Notes: generated by a model not told the origin, from the letters alone. A stretch of DNA of 64,000 bases from an uncultured Nitrososphaerota archaeon (GCA_963701075.1 OY969559.1:128001-192000), one strand, 5' to 3'; shown: positions 1 through 10,172, counted from the stretch's first letter. A program made the numbers and translations.

Positions 1-2545
1 TGGCCAGTCAGAATATGCATCAGTGAATACATCTGCCGTTCCCACTTGTGCATTAGAAGGTATGAAAAATGAGAACGTCATATTAGAGTCTCCTGGAGTT
101 ACAGTGGACTTGATGGATGCCGTGCCGATACTACTCTGGTTGGTGTCAAAGAGATTCAGAGTAAAAAGTACAGGCATTGTTTCGCCAGAAGAGACTGAGA
201 CCTGTACAAAGTTATTCTGGTTTTCCTTTAGCATTGATACTGGATTGCCCTGTTGGTCAGTTAGCTGTACTGAATCTATTGATATTCCATGTGTTTTGAT
301 TACATTAAATGTTGTAGAGTTGGTATAGTTTTGTCCATCAACTAGTGCTGTTGCAATGTCTCGATAAACTCCTGTCTGAAAGTTGGATGGAATCTTGAAT
401 TGTATCTCGCCTGTACCGTTCTCGTCTGTAGTTATTGTTCTTGATACAATGTCATTTCCTGTAGGATCTGAAACTACAATTGCAATATTTTGAAGGCTTA
501 GGCCAGGCAATGCTACCTGTAGTGTTACAACATCACCATAGGCATAGTACTCTTGGTCGTTAGTTAGCAAGAGCGCTGGAGGCAAGATTGGGGCACCAGT
601 ATAGACTGTTGGAGAAGATACTATACTTGAGTTACTTGTAGTACTTGAATTTGTTATGCCTGAGATCGCAATACTTGGTGACTCTTCTGATTCATTGCTA
701 GCCGAGGTTTCTGTGCTAGTTGTTGTGGGAGCAACTATTGTTATCGAGTCAGAACCCAAATCACCGCCACCAGATGACTCTTCTATCGGTGCAGGAGTGG
801 ATGATTCTGAGATTACCTGTGAAGTGGATTGGTTACCAGCGACTGAAGTTACATTAGTAGAGTTTGATGAAGTAAGAGATGTGCTATTGTTTGTTTGAGT
901 TGTGCTTGTAGTTCCTGCACTAGATGAGGTTTGATTGCTTGGAGTTGATTGTGTTGTGCTTGTTGTGGAAGACTGGGTTGAATTTGAATTACTGGTAGAA
1001 TTAGTATTAGATAACGTTTTAGAGGAAGTAGAGTTTGTGCCAGATACCACAGTATTTGAGGTTCCAGTACTGTTGCTCGATGTTTGATGTGATGTACTGT
1101 TAGAAGTTGATTGGGTGGTTGGTGTACTGCTAGTTGATTGAGTAGTTGGTGTGTTTGATGTACTGTTAGAAGTTGATTGGGTGGTTGGTGTACTGCTAGT
1201 TGATTGAGTAGTTGGTGTGTTTGATGTACTGTTAGAAGTTGATTGGGTGGTTGGTGTACTGCTAGTTGATTGAGTAGTTGGTGTGTTTGATGTACTGTTA
1301 GAAGTTGATTGGGTGGTTGGTGTACTGCTAGTTGATTGAGTAGTTGGTGTGTTTGATGTACTGTTAGAAGTTGATTGGGTGGTTGGTGTACTGCTAGTTG
1401 ATTGAGTAGTTGGTGTGTTTGATGTACTGTTAGAAGTTGATTGGGTGGTTGGTGTACTGCTAGTTGATTGAGTAGTTGGTGTGTTTGATGTACTGTTAGA
1501 AGTTGATTGGGTGGTTGGTGTACTGCTAGTTGATTGAGTAGTTGGTGTGTTTGATGTACTGTTAGAAGTTGATTGGGTGGTTGGTGTACTGCTAGTTGAT
1601 TGAGTAGTTGGTGTGTTTGATGTACTGCTAGAAGTTGATTGGGTGGTTGGTGTACTGCTAGTTGATTGAGTAGTTGGTGTGTTTGATGTACTGTTAGAAG
1701 TTGGTGTAGTGGATGTACTGCTAGAAGTTGGTGTAGTGGATGTACTGCTAGAAGTTGGTGTAGTGGATGTACTGCTAGAAGTTGGTGTAGTGGATGTACT
1801 GCTAGAAGTTGGTGTAGTGGATGTACTGCTAGAAGTTGGTGTAGTGGATGTACTGCTAGAAGTTGGTGTAGTGGATGTACTGCTAGAAGTTGGTGTAGTG
1901 GATGTACTGCTAGAAGTTGGTGTAGTGGATGTACTGCTAGAAGTTGGTGTAGTGGATGTACTGCTAGAAGTTGATTGGGTGGTTGGTGTACTGCTAGTTG
2001 ATTGAGTAGTTGGTGTGTTTGATGTACTGTTAGAAGTTGATTGGGTGGTTGGTGTACTGCTAGTTGATTGAGTAGTTGGTGTGTTTGATGTACTGTTAGA
2101 AGTTGATTGGGTGGTTGGTGTACTGCTAGTTGATTGAGTAGTTGGTGTGTTTGATGTACTGTTAGAAGTTGATTGGGTGGTTGGTGTACTGCTAGTTGAT
2201 TGAGTAGTTGGTGTGTTTGATGTACTGTTAGAAGTTGATTGGGTGGTTGGTGTACTGCTAGTTGATTGAGTAGTTGGTGTGTTTGATGTACTGTTAGAAG
2301 TTGATTGGGTGGTTGGTGTACTGCTAGTTGATTGAGTAGTTGGTGTGTTTGATGTACTGTTAGAAGTTGGTGTAGTGGATGTACTGCTAGAAGTTGATTG
2401 GGTAGATGATGCGTTGTTAGAATAGTCAATAAATGTCAAAGTAGAAAATGCATGTTGCGGCATGAAAAAAACAGCAGAAATAGAAATCAGCTACAAATAC
2501 CATTAGCACAAATTTTCCTGCAGAGTGTGATCTTTTATGATTCAA
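1..2545 (-). CDS. Secreted Ser/Thr/Asn-rich mucin-like surface protein with C-terminal Ig/MG-like domains (3' end outside window; apparent frameshift at ~2490)
   Basis: The frame is absent from the ORF track. Manual translation gives a signal peptide (LNHKRSHSAGKFVLMVFV/LISISAVFFMPQHAFS), then S/T repeats, then ...TNDQEYYAYGDVVTLQV...DPTGNDIVSRTITTDENGTGEIQFKIP..., open to base 1. The frame break lies at AGCT 2489-2492. Confidence 0.8.
1091..2403 (-). repeat. Composite coding tandem repeat: 9 x 66 bp, 10 x 27 bp, 6 x 66 bp, 1 x 27 bp
   Basis: The 66-bp unit encodes SNTPTTQSTSSTPTTQSTSNST and the 27-bp unit encodes SSSTSTTPT. Copies are near-identical with no spacers. Confidence 0.95.
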
Positions 2546-2739
2546 AGTTGTCGAGTGTTCTCTACCAAGAATAAACCAATTAAAATGTCTAACGCTCAAA
2601 CGCCCTATGTACTCTTGTAGAGTAATGCCCATAATCTCCAAACTCCATGATGTTCTATCTCTAAATAATTTATAATGGATTGCGACACCTTGTTAAGGAA
2701 CAATGTTATCGATTGTATAAAGATTGGGTATCAATGATA

Positions 2740-2813
2740 TGGGTCCACAGGGATTTGAACCCTGGATCTTCGCCGTGTAAGGGCGACGTCATAACCAACT
2801 GGACTATGAACCC
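2740..2813 (-). tRNA. tRNA-Val(TAC)
   Basis: Reverse complement GGGTTCATAGTCCAGTTGGTTATGACGTCGCC-CTTACAC-GGCGAAGATCCAGGGTTCAAATCCCTGTGGACCCA forms a cloverleaf with anticodon TAC. Confidence 0.95.
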
Positions 2814-2899
2814 AAGCAAGCTCCAATTTAAAATGCATTTAAACTTTGAGAATTACATGAAGGAAAAATGGAAATTGTTCATTGGGTAAAATCTACAAT

Positions 2900-3916
2900 A
2901 TGACAGACTTGGTTTTCTTTACAAGCCCCATAGGATTGGGACACGCTACAAGAGATGTTGCGATTTTGCAGTACTTGGACAATATTCCAAAAAAATTCAT
3001 AAGCGGTGCAGGCGCATACAAGTTACTTTCTGGATACGGATTTGATGCAGACAATCTTTACAGACCTCCACCATTTAGAATTGAAAACGGCAAGCTTCAC
3101 AGCCCCCTTAGGTGGCTTTTTGATTACGTCGCATACTACAAAGAGTGCAAGAAAATCTCGATAAAAGTAATAGAAGATGAGATGCCTCGTCTGGTAGTAA
3201 GCGACGAGGATTTTGCATCACTTGCGATAGCACAGAAACAAAAGATCAAGACAGTCCTTGTCACTGATATTTTGGAGTCAAAATTTACAAAAGGGATTGG
3301 TTCCATCATAGAAAAAAAGATGAACAAAGCCATGAAAAGCATCATAGAAAAATGTGATCTTGTTATCATACCAGAGAATGGTCAAGACAACAATAACATG
3401 GTAAGAGTTGGACCAATAGTTAGGGATACTGCCGAGTCTCGTGAACAGCTGCGAAAAAAATATTCTTTTGACAGGAAAACAATCGTTGTAAGTATAGGTG
3501 GAACCAACCTTGGAGAATTTTTAATTGAAAGGACTGTAGAGGCGTTCAAAAAGATCAACCTTGATGCAGAACTTGTAATAGTATCTGGACCTGCTCTCCA
3601 GATGAAGCAATTGCCATATAGAAATTTGGGGTTTGTCAACAATCTGCATGAAATAATATTTGCATCAGACTTGGTAATATCTCTGGCAGGAAAATCCACC
3701 ATAGACGAATCAAAACATTACGGCACACCTGGAATATTTATCCCGATAAAGGGGCATTTTGAACAGGAAGAAAATGCAAGAGAGGTTGGATATTCTTATG
3801 AAGATATTTTCAGATTGGAAACTTTGATTCTAGAAAAGATAGATGGGAGAAGAAGCCCCCAGTATTTTCAGGGCAGTAAAAAAGCTGCAGAATTGATAAG
3901 AAAATTTTTGTACTAG
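2900..3916 (+). CDS. MurG-like / GT28 C-terminal domain glycosyltransferase
   Basis: GLGHATR N-terminal motif, VSIGG, DLVISLAGKSTIDE, PIKGHFEQEENA. Confidence 0.8.
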   Translation: MTDLVFFTSPIGLGHATRDVAILQYLDNIPKKFISGAGAYKLLSGYGFDADNLYRPPPFRIENGKLHSPLRWLFDYVAYYKECKKISIKVIEDEMPRLVVSDEDFASLAIAQKQKIKTVLVTDILESKFTKGIGSIIEKKMNKAMKSIIEKCDLVIIPENGQDNNNMVRVGPIVRDTAESREQLRKKYSFDRKTIVVSIGGTNLGEFLIERTVEAFKKINLDAELVIVSGPALQMKQLPYRNLGFVNNLHEIIFASDLVISLAGKSTIDESKHYGTPGIFIPIKGHFEQEENAREVGYSYEDIFRLETLILEKIDGRRSPQYFQGSKKAAELIRKFLY

Positions 3917-4196
3917 TTATTTTTTTAAAAGTTGATGCAGCCTGTTATTTCCTTGCAAAGCTCTTCATTGTGAACTAGCCCCATTTCATGCAGATAGAGT
4001 ATGATTTGTGTTCTTGTCTTCGAAGAGTTCTCCTTGTTCAAGTCTCATAACAAACACCCAAGTTATGGAAACAATTGTCCAGTTTTTCCTTTTAAGGCAT
4101 GTGCACAAATGATTCTTGATTTGTCACTAGATGATATCATGCGTTAGTGCCATTCACTCAAACTTTATAGAAGGTACAGACAGATGTAATCAAGTT

Positions 4197-5612
4197 TTGC
4201 AGAATCTCATCGTAGCAAAGTTTGGAGGAAGTGCAGTAGGAATTGACGGTATACTAATACCTACAATAATTAAAAGAATTAATGAATTAAAAAAAGATTC
4301 CAAAGTGATTGCAGTTTTTTCGGCTCCCCTTACAACATATGACGGCAAACAAAGATCATTGACAGACATTGCGCTTGAGCTTGGCAGAAGGGCAGAAAAT
4401 GGTCAAAGTGTAGATGTCGAAGGGCTGCGCAAGCCATATCTTAAGATCCTCTCCCTTATAGACAAGAAACTTCAAGAAGAATGCAAAAAGACAATTGAGT
4501 CGTTCTTGGAGAGAGCGCTGAGCTCCCTCAGAGAGGCACTACAAAAAAAGGAATTTGCAAATGAGATCCGGGCAAGAGTTCTTGCATATTCTGGTGAGAT
4601 ACTAATGTCTAATGTCATGAGCTATGTTCTAAAAAGTGCCGGCATAAAATCAGATGTTGTAAGTTTTGACATGTGGCCCATTGTAACTGATGAAAATATC
4701 GAGTCTGCCAATTTTCTTGCTACGCAGTCATCTGAGAATTTAGATGGAATTGAATCTCTGCTTGAGAAAAACGATGTAATATCAATGGGAGGATTCATTG
4801 GAAAGACCACTAAGGGGCTTGAGACTACCTACGAGCGGGGTGGCTCTGACAGGACTGCTGCCGATCTTGGAATTTTGTTTAGCAAAAAGTACAATACCAA
4901 GATTGATTTTGAAAAAGACAGCGCCGTATTATCTGCAGACCCCCGTGTTGTAAAGGAAGAACTGGAATACATAACCCATCTCTCATACAACGAGGCACGA
5001 ATTGCAGGCATGTTTGGGATGAAGATTCTAGACCCCATTGCAATAAAGGAGATAGTCGAAAATGGAGTAGACATGCCAATCATAATAACTGACATGGGCA
5101 ATCCTGGCAAAATTACAATAATAGAAAGAAATCCAGGTGACGAAAATGGTCATCCGCTAAAAATAGTCACAGGAAAGAAAAACTGTGCCATCCTTAGAAT
5201 GGAAAGCAAGTCATCCCAAGATCTTTTTGATTCACTTGAAAAAGACAAAAGATACAGCGAATTTGTGGTACTATCCCCATTTACAAAAGATGACATAGAG
5301 TTTACAAGAATTCTCTTCCTAGATGGGGACTATGTAAAACGCAATGAAAGATATGTTTTGGCCTTTGATCCGTTGGCCTCAATCACCTACAACAGGGGAG
5401 TCATCACATTGATTGGCGATGAGATGTGGCGCGTGCAACAAATTGCGTCAAAGGCAAGCTCAAGAATTGGTGAAGCTGGTCTTAACATTCTCAACATGGA
5501 CGCACAAGAAGAGACATCACGTATAATCATAGTTACAGAAGACAGTGGTGACAACATAGAGCGGGCAATTTGCGCCGTTCACGCGGAAAGATCGAAAATA
5601 AAATTTGTGTGA
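4197..5612 (+). CDS. lysC: Aspartate kinase
   Basis: VAKFGGS, RGGSDRTA, DPRVV, LSYNEA...GMKILDP and a C-terminal ACT-like region. TTG start at 4197 is inferred. Confidence 0.88.
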   Translation: MQNLIVAKFGGSAVGIDGILIPTIIKRINELKKDSKVIAVFSAPLTTYDGKQRSLTDIALELGRRAENGQSVDVEGLRKPYLKILSLIDKKLQEECKKTIESFLERALSSLREALQKKEFANEIRARVLAYSGEILMSNVMSYVLKSAGIKSDVVSFDMWPIVTDENIESANFLATQSSENLDGIESLLEKNDVISMGGFIGKTTKGLETTYERGGSDRTAADLGILFSKKYNTKIDFEKDSAVLSADPRVVKEELEYITHLSYNEARIAGMFGMKILDPIAIKEIVENGVDMPIIITDMGNPGKITIIERNPGDENGHPLKIVTGKKNCAILRMESKSSQDLFDSLEKDKRYSEFVVLSPFTKDDIEFTRILFLDGDYVKRNERYVLAFDPLASITYNRGVITLIGDEMWRVQQIASKASSRIGEAGLNILNMDAQEETSRIIIVTEDSGDNIERAICAVHAERSKIKFV

Positions 5613-5641
5613 TGGTACTGGAATTGATAATCAGAAAATTT

Positions 5642-5716
5642 CTACTTTTTTCTTTTTCTACGTGCAGCCCTTTGGTCTGCCTTTCGCATATGCTTGCCTT
5701 TTTTTCGTGCTACCAT
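5642..5716 (-). CDS. 24-aa Lys/Arg-rich microprotein MVARKKGKHMRKADQRAARRKRKK
   Basis: Manual translation. A TATA-like GATATATC lies ~25-32 bp upstream. Below the ORF-track cutoff. Confidence 0.6.
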   Translation of the reverse strand: MVARKKGKHMRKADQRAARRKRKK

Positions 5717-5784
5717 ATGATGCCTGTAATGTATGGTACCGATATATCTTGTGTCATTTTGAATAAAATCAAAAATTCAGAAAA

Positions 5785-5883
5785 CATTCGACCTCTACAA
5801 GGCCTTTACCTGTAGAAGTCAAAGTGGGTTTGTTCTTGGGCCTTTTATCTAGAATCAGCCCGGCGTTACCCAAAACACGCGCT
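5785..5883 (-). ncRNA. Candidate structured non-coding RNA
   Basis: Minus strand has nested stems TGGGT/ACCCA and GGGC/GCCC plus a long hairpin TTTGACTTCTACAGG-TAAAGG-CCTTGTAGAGGTCGAA whose mismatches are G-U pairs on this strand. A TATA-like TAAATATTT lies upstream and a T-rich tail follows. Confidence 0.45.
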
Positions 5884-5927
5884 AATGTTAGTACGTAGAA
5901 GAAATATTTAGAGTTGATCTATATAGA

Positions 5928-6176
5928 TCAAGTATAGGCATTGCCTATAGCCATCAATACAAGAGCCGCCCCGATGAATGCATACCACTTGAAGTTCCTC
6001 TTGTTCAGGAACATGTTCTTTGGGGCCATATCTTCGTCTCGTACGGTAGAAAGACGCGCCTTTCTCATCTCAAATCCGTTTCCAGCAAGGCCTATGATTA
6101 GCAAGGCGGCAGCGGCAAATGAGATGATATAGCTCACACGGTAAGAGATCATAGTACTACATTTAAACAAAGCCAA
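5928..6176 (-). CDS. Small membrane protein (2 TM)
   Basis: Two hydrophobic segments. The true start is probably an internal Met. Confidence 0.65.
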   Translation of the reverse strand: MALFKCSTMISYRVSYIISFAAAALLIIGLAGNGFEMRKARLSTVRDEDMAPKNMFLNKRNFKWYAFIGAALVLMAIGNAYT

Positions 6177-6244
6177 GCATCTTTGCAGACCTCACTTGTG
6201 AAATCTCGATGAATTCTTAAATTACCAAAACTTTACCCAATCAT

Positions 6245-7159
6245 ATGAAAGAGCAGGGCAAGATATGGATGAACGGCAAACTTGTTCCGTTCAGAAACGC
6301 AAAGGTCCACGTTCTTACCCATGCACTACATTATTCCACTGCAGTCTTTGAGGGAATTAGGTGTTACAAGACAACAAAGGGTCCTGCAATTTTCAGGTTA
6401 CAAGAACATGTTGACAGGCTCTTCAAGTCTGCAAAGATCTATTCCATGAAAGTTCCCTACTCAAAAAAAGTGATCTCAGATGGCATAATCAAGACTGTAC
6501 TGGCAAGCGGATTAAAAGAGTGCTACATCAGACCCATTGCATACTATAGCTATGGAGTTCTTGGCCTTACACCAACGCCCAACAAGATAGATGTGGCAAT
6601 AGCATGCTGGGAGTGGAATACTGGCGAGTCAAGTGCTGGAAAAACTCACGGTGCAAGATGTAAAGTTTCAAGCTGGCTTAGAATTGATTCTAGGTCACAG
6701 CCAATGCAGGCAAAGGCAGCATCAAACTATGCAAATGCTGCGCTTGCAAGAGTAGAGGCCCTAAAAGACGGATATGATGAGGCAATAATGCTAAATTATC
6801 AGGGTAAGGTTTCAGAAGGAAGTGCTGAAAATATTTTCACAGTAAACAAGGGCGAGATAGCTACCCCGCCATTAAATGCCGGAATATTGGATGGAATAAC
6901 AAGAGACAGCGTAATCAAGATAGCAAGATCCGAGGGAATCAATATCATTGAAAGAGAGATTTCCAGGGACGAGCTATATACGGCAGATGAAGTTTTCATG
7001 ACAGGCACTGCTGCAGAAGTCAAATCTGTTACAGAGATTGACAATGTTGCTGTAGGAGACGGCAAAGTAGGCGAGATTACGTGCAAGCTGCAGGATGCAT
7101 TCCATGAGGCATCAAGAGGTAAGGACGAGCGGTTCATAGACTGGCTCACTCCAATCTGA
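6245..7159 (+). CDS. ilvE: Branched-chain amino acid aminotransferase
   Basis: HALHYSTAVFEGIRCY, AKAASNY, EGSAENIF, ILDGITR, FMTGTAAEV. Confidence 0.95.
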   Translation: MKEQGKIWMNGKLVPFRNAKVHVLTHALHYSTAVFEGIRCYKTTKGPAIFRLQEHVDRLFKSAKIYSMKVPYSKKVISDGIIKTVLASGLKECYIRPIAYYSYGVLGLTPTPNKIDVAIACWEWNTGESSAGKTHGARCKVSSWLRIDSRSQPMQAKAASNYANAALARVEALKDGYDEAIMLNYQGKVSEGSAENIFTVNKGEIATPPLNAGILDGITRDSVIKIARSEGINIIEREISRDELYTADEVFMTGTAAEVKSVTEIDNVAVGDGKVGEITCKLQDAFHEASRGKDERFIDWLTPI

Positions 7160-7214
7160 TACCGTGAAAGGTTCAATTACACCTGTACAAGATTATTATT
7201 TTATGGTTCTCTCA

Positions 7215-7376
7215 ATGGTAGACCAACACAAGCCCAAATGCTATATTTGTAGCAATGTGTTTGAAAATTTAGAAGAGCTTCGAGTGCACCAAGAGGTTGA
7301 CCACAAGGAATTTGTAGAGTTTCACAAGGACGTAAATGACCATTCTCCTGCGCCAGGAGATGTCACAGTATTTTAG
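7215..7376 (+). CDS. Small C2H2-type zinc-finger protein
   Basis: CYICSNVFENLEELRVHQEVDH (C-x2-C-x12-H-x4-H). Confidence 0.75.
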   Translation: MVDQHKPKCYICSNVFENLEELRVHQEVDHKEFVEFHKDVNDHSPAPGDVTVF

Positions 7377-7385
7377 GAAAATTGT

Positions 7386-7538
7386 ATGGACCCTGATAAT
7401 TCTGTACACATTTGTTGGTTTTGCAAAAAAGGCCGCCATGACGAATGCATGGAAAAGATTCCGACAGACGCCAAATCAGAAGGGCCACATGACTGTACCT
7501 TTGATACAAAGCTCATAGATTGCCAGTGTTCACACTAG
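7386..7538 (+). CDS. 50-aa Cys/His-rich microprotein
   Basis: Manual translation MDPDNSVHICWFCKKGRHDECMEKIPTDAKSEGPHDCTFDTKLIDCQCSH, starting 9 bp after the zinc-finger gene. Confidence 0.65.
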   Translation: MDPDNSVHICWFCKKGRHDECMEKIPTDAKSEGPHDCTFDTKLIDCQCSH

Positions 7539-7608
7539 ATTGTACCAAGAAATTAGTGCTTGATTTTATTTCCTGACAAAAGTTTTTGGCAAGGCACAAA
7601 AAAATATC

Positions 7609-8181
7609 CTAGACGTTTTTGGGTTTTCTTTTTTGCATTATCACTATGCCTGCCCCAGCGCCTGCTGCAGCAATAGCTATACCAACATAGATGAGTGTGT
7701 TGTCGTTAGTTGGGATTGGGTTTTGTACAGGCACAAAAACCTTGAACTCGCCAATAGCAATTGGGCTGTTTGGCCCATAAATCGAGGAAGGATAATTTGC
7801 ACGCAAAAATACTGGAAAGAGCCCGTCATTTGGGAATGCGTAACTTACAGAGAAGTTTCCATTTGGTACATTTATACTGCTGAAATTATAGTAGCCGCTT
7901 CCACCGGTAAAATTTACAACATTACCAACTGTAACTGAGGCAATAAAATTTTGCAGGGGCTTGCCAGTGGTTGCGTTTATAACATTGAATGTTAGGTTCG
8001 TGTAGTCATTAATGACTGGACTTGACGGGTAATAACTGAACTGCATTATTATTCCGTTTTGTTGTATCTGCTGAACTGGACTGCTTCCAAGCTGTGCATT
8101 TGCAGGCAAGACATGTAAAGTGGTTATCAATATAACAAGCAAAATTGGAACCGCATACAAGCAAAAAAATGGTTTCATCAA
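7609..8181 (-). CDS. Secreted, C-terminally membrane-anchored Ig-like protein
   Basis: Signal peptide, several N-x-S/T sequons, C-terminal TM plus basic tail. Resembles the protein at 17773-18336. Confidence 0.7.
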   Translation of the reverse strand: MMKPFFCLYAVPILLVILITTLHVLPANAQLGSSPVQQIQQNGIIMQFSYYPSSPVINDYTNLTFNVINATTGKPLQNFIASVTVGNVVNFTGGSGYYNFSSINVPNGNFSVSYAFPNDGLFPVFLRANYPSSIYGPNSPIAIGEFKVFVPVQNPIPTNDNTLIYVGIAIAAAGAGAGIVIMQKRKPKNV

Positions 8182-8334
8182 ACTGGTTTGGTAACTCTGG
8201 TACGTAAACCTTTAGGCTATACTTCCATATTGTCCAATAGAATGCTTTAACCCATTACAAATTTTTTATTTTTACAAAAAATAATTCCATTGGCAATATA
8301 GTTTTTATAAGAGCAAACTGCCCACACGTCTATC

Positions 8335-8874
8335 TTGAAGATTCTAGTCTTGGTGTTAGTAGTAATGATGACAGCTGTCATACTACAATACCAAATCAAA
8401 GCGTTCGGTGAAATATCTACTCTTACACCACCTGCAGATACAATTATGGTAAATGGAACAAGTTTCACAATTCCATATACCATTACAGGAGGAACTGTTA
8501 CTTTGATTCAAGCTGATACGGATGCAAAAACGATAGATGTGAATGTACAATCATCAAAGGGCGGCAACTTGACAATAACCTTGCCAACAACACTCATAGA
8601 CGCATATCAAAATGCGTCTCTTGAGCCAACATATATCCAGAATGTAAAAGATATATCTCATTTTGTGGTCATGGACAAAAATCACGGAGTTCATTATACA
8701 GAAGTTGATACCTCTGAAAATAGAACCCTGACCATTCCATTTCGCCTTGGAAATAGTACAGTTGAAATTAAAGGTACACAGATGATTCCAGAATTTGGAT
8801 CCTTGACATCTGTCATACTAGTAATCTCAGTCATTTCCGTAATTATAGCATCCAAGAATCACTTTAGATCATGA
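8335..8874 (+). CDS. PEFG-CTERM sorting-domain surface protein
   Basis: Signal peptide and C-terminal IPEFG + TM + basic tail. Confidence 0.85.
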   Translation: MKILVLVLVVMMTAVILQYQIKAFGEISTLTPPADTIMVNGTSFTIPYTITGGTVTLIQADTDAKTIDVNVQSSKGGNLTITLPTTLIDAYQNASLEPTYIQNVKDISHFVVMDKNHGVHYTEVDTSENRTLTIPFRLGNSTVEIKGTQMIPEFGSLTSVILVISVISVIIASKNHFRS

Positions 8875-9308
8875 ATAAAAGAATCCTAATTGCTGTAGGT
8901 GTGGCAATTGTGGCTATAACACTGACAATCACATATCTTGAACAAGGAGAATCCAAGGTTACTACCGTCAGCAATTCCACATCTAATGTGATACAATCAA
9001 CCAACCAATCTCCAGCTACGACCATTGCCTTTGTCACAGACAAATCATCTTACAGCATGGGAGACGCAATTGTAATCTCAGGTGATGTCAAATCACCAGT
9101 CGCTGGAACTCCAGTAACAATATTGATTCTTGATCCAAATAATTTACTTTTACAAGCTGAGCGAATTTCTGTTTCTCCAGATGGTAGCTTTCAAACTACA
9201 ATCACGACTACCCCTGCTATTTGGAAACTTGGTGGAACATATGCCGTATCAATACAATATGGTTCGTCCAATGTCAAGGCCCAAAAAACATTCTACTTTG
9301 CAGGTTGA
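8871..9308 (+). CDS. Membrane-anchored Ig/MG2-like domain protein
   Basis: N-terminal TM and TDKSSYSMGDAIVISG...DPNN...GTYAVSIQYG. Overlaps the upstream gene by ATGA. Confidence 0.75.
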   Translation: MNKRILIAVGVAIVAITLTITYLEQGESKVTTVSNSTSNVIQSTNQSPATTIAFVTDKSSYSMGDAIVISGDVKSPVAGTPVTILILDPNNLLLQAERISVSPDGSFQTTITTTPAIWKLGGTYAVSIQYGSSNVKAQKTFYFAG

Positions 9309-9407
9309 GTGTTTGAGTCCTGTAAAACTTAGACTCTCGCAGGTCTGAACCCCAAAAATTCGATATTTGTGCAATATGCATTTTGAGATATACTTTCAGT
9401 TCTTCTC

Positions 9408-10172
9408 TTATTGTAACCTAGGATCATGACAGGTAGGAAGGTAAGAAAGATACGACTTTAGGGTTCCATTACAGTCTTGTTTGATAGTGTTTATTGCATG
9501 AATACAAGTGGTAGAATTAGAAATTGTAGTATTGACACATTCGTTTAGAATGTTTTCTGTTTCGTTGTTAAGGTTATTGAATACTGTTACATTAATTGCT
9601 GTCGAACTGGGGGCAGTGGATTGCTGTGATGGAGTTGTAGTTTGTCCCATGTTTACCATTTGTGGTATTCTTGGATCATCACAGGCTGTCATGTTTGGAT
9701 AAGTAAAACATGACTTTTTAATCTGTAACATCAACGACTGGCACTCTGAAATAGTATTTACATCACTTGCGTGAGAACACTGATCGAGTCCCTGTAATAT
9801 ATCAGCATTCATTTTTGATTCTGTGGATGAACCCTGTGTTTGTGTGCTAGCAATTATACCATCCACTGTAGATAAAAACTGATCAATTCTTGGATCGTTG
9901 CAAGCAGATACAGAAGAGAAAGTGGAGTTACCACATTCGTTTTTAACAAAAGTCATTGTTTCTTTACAATTTTTCAGATCCCCTATTGAAGAGGCATTAT
10001 CACATATAGCAATGGTATTAAGAATTTTTTCATTTATTTGTGATGTTGATTGTTCGGTTTGATTGGTGGTCTGTTGCACTTCATGAAGCTGAGATGGCAG
10101 AACAATTAGAATAATCACAATACCAAAAATAAGACTTGTAATACTAATAATGAATTTACCTACCGCTTTCAT
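9408..10172 (-). CDS. Membrane-anchored protein with three 4-Cys CxDPR repeats
   Basis: N-terminal TM. The repeats end ACNDPR, ACDDPR and TCHDPR. Confidence 0.75.
   Translation of the reverse strand: MKAVGKFIISITSLIFGIVIILIVLPSQLHEVQQTTNQTEQSTSQINEKILNTIAICDNASSIGDLKNCKETMTFVKNECGNSTFSSVSACNDPRIDQFLSTVDGIIASTQTQGSSTESKMNADILQGLDQCSHASDVNTISECQSLMLQIKKSCFTYPNMTACDDPRIPQMVNMGQTTTPSQQSTAPSSTAINVTVFNNLNNETENILNECVNTTISNSTTCIHAINTIKQDCNGTLKSYLSYLPTCHDPRLQ

Noticed and set aside
1091-2403. Possible CRISPR array
   Set aside because: Units are contiguous, identical and multiples of 3, with no unique spacers and no cas genes. It is a coding VNTR.
849-2429. 526-aa His/Gln/Leu-rich ORF (and the + strand VGVVDVLLE ORF) in the track
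   Set aside because: These are shadow frames of the repeat. The S/T-rich frame has a signal peptide and folded C-terminal domains.
3920-4155. Possible minus-strand gene remnant
   Set aside because: Only a ~40-codon open stretch without a clear start or family resemblance.
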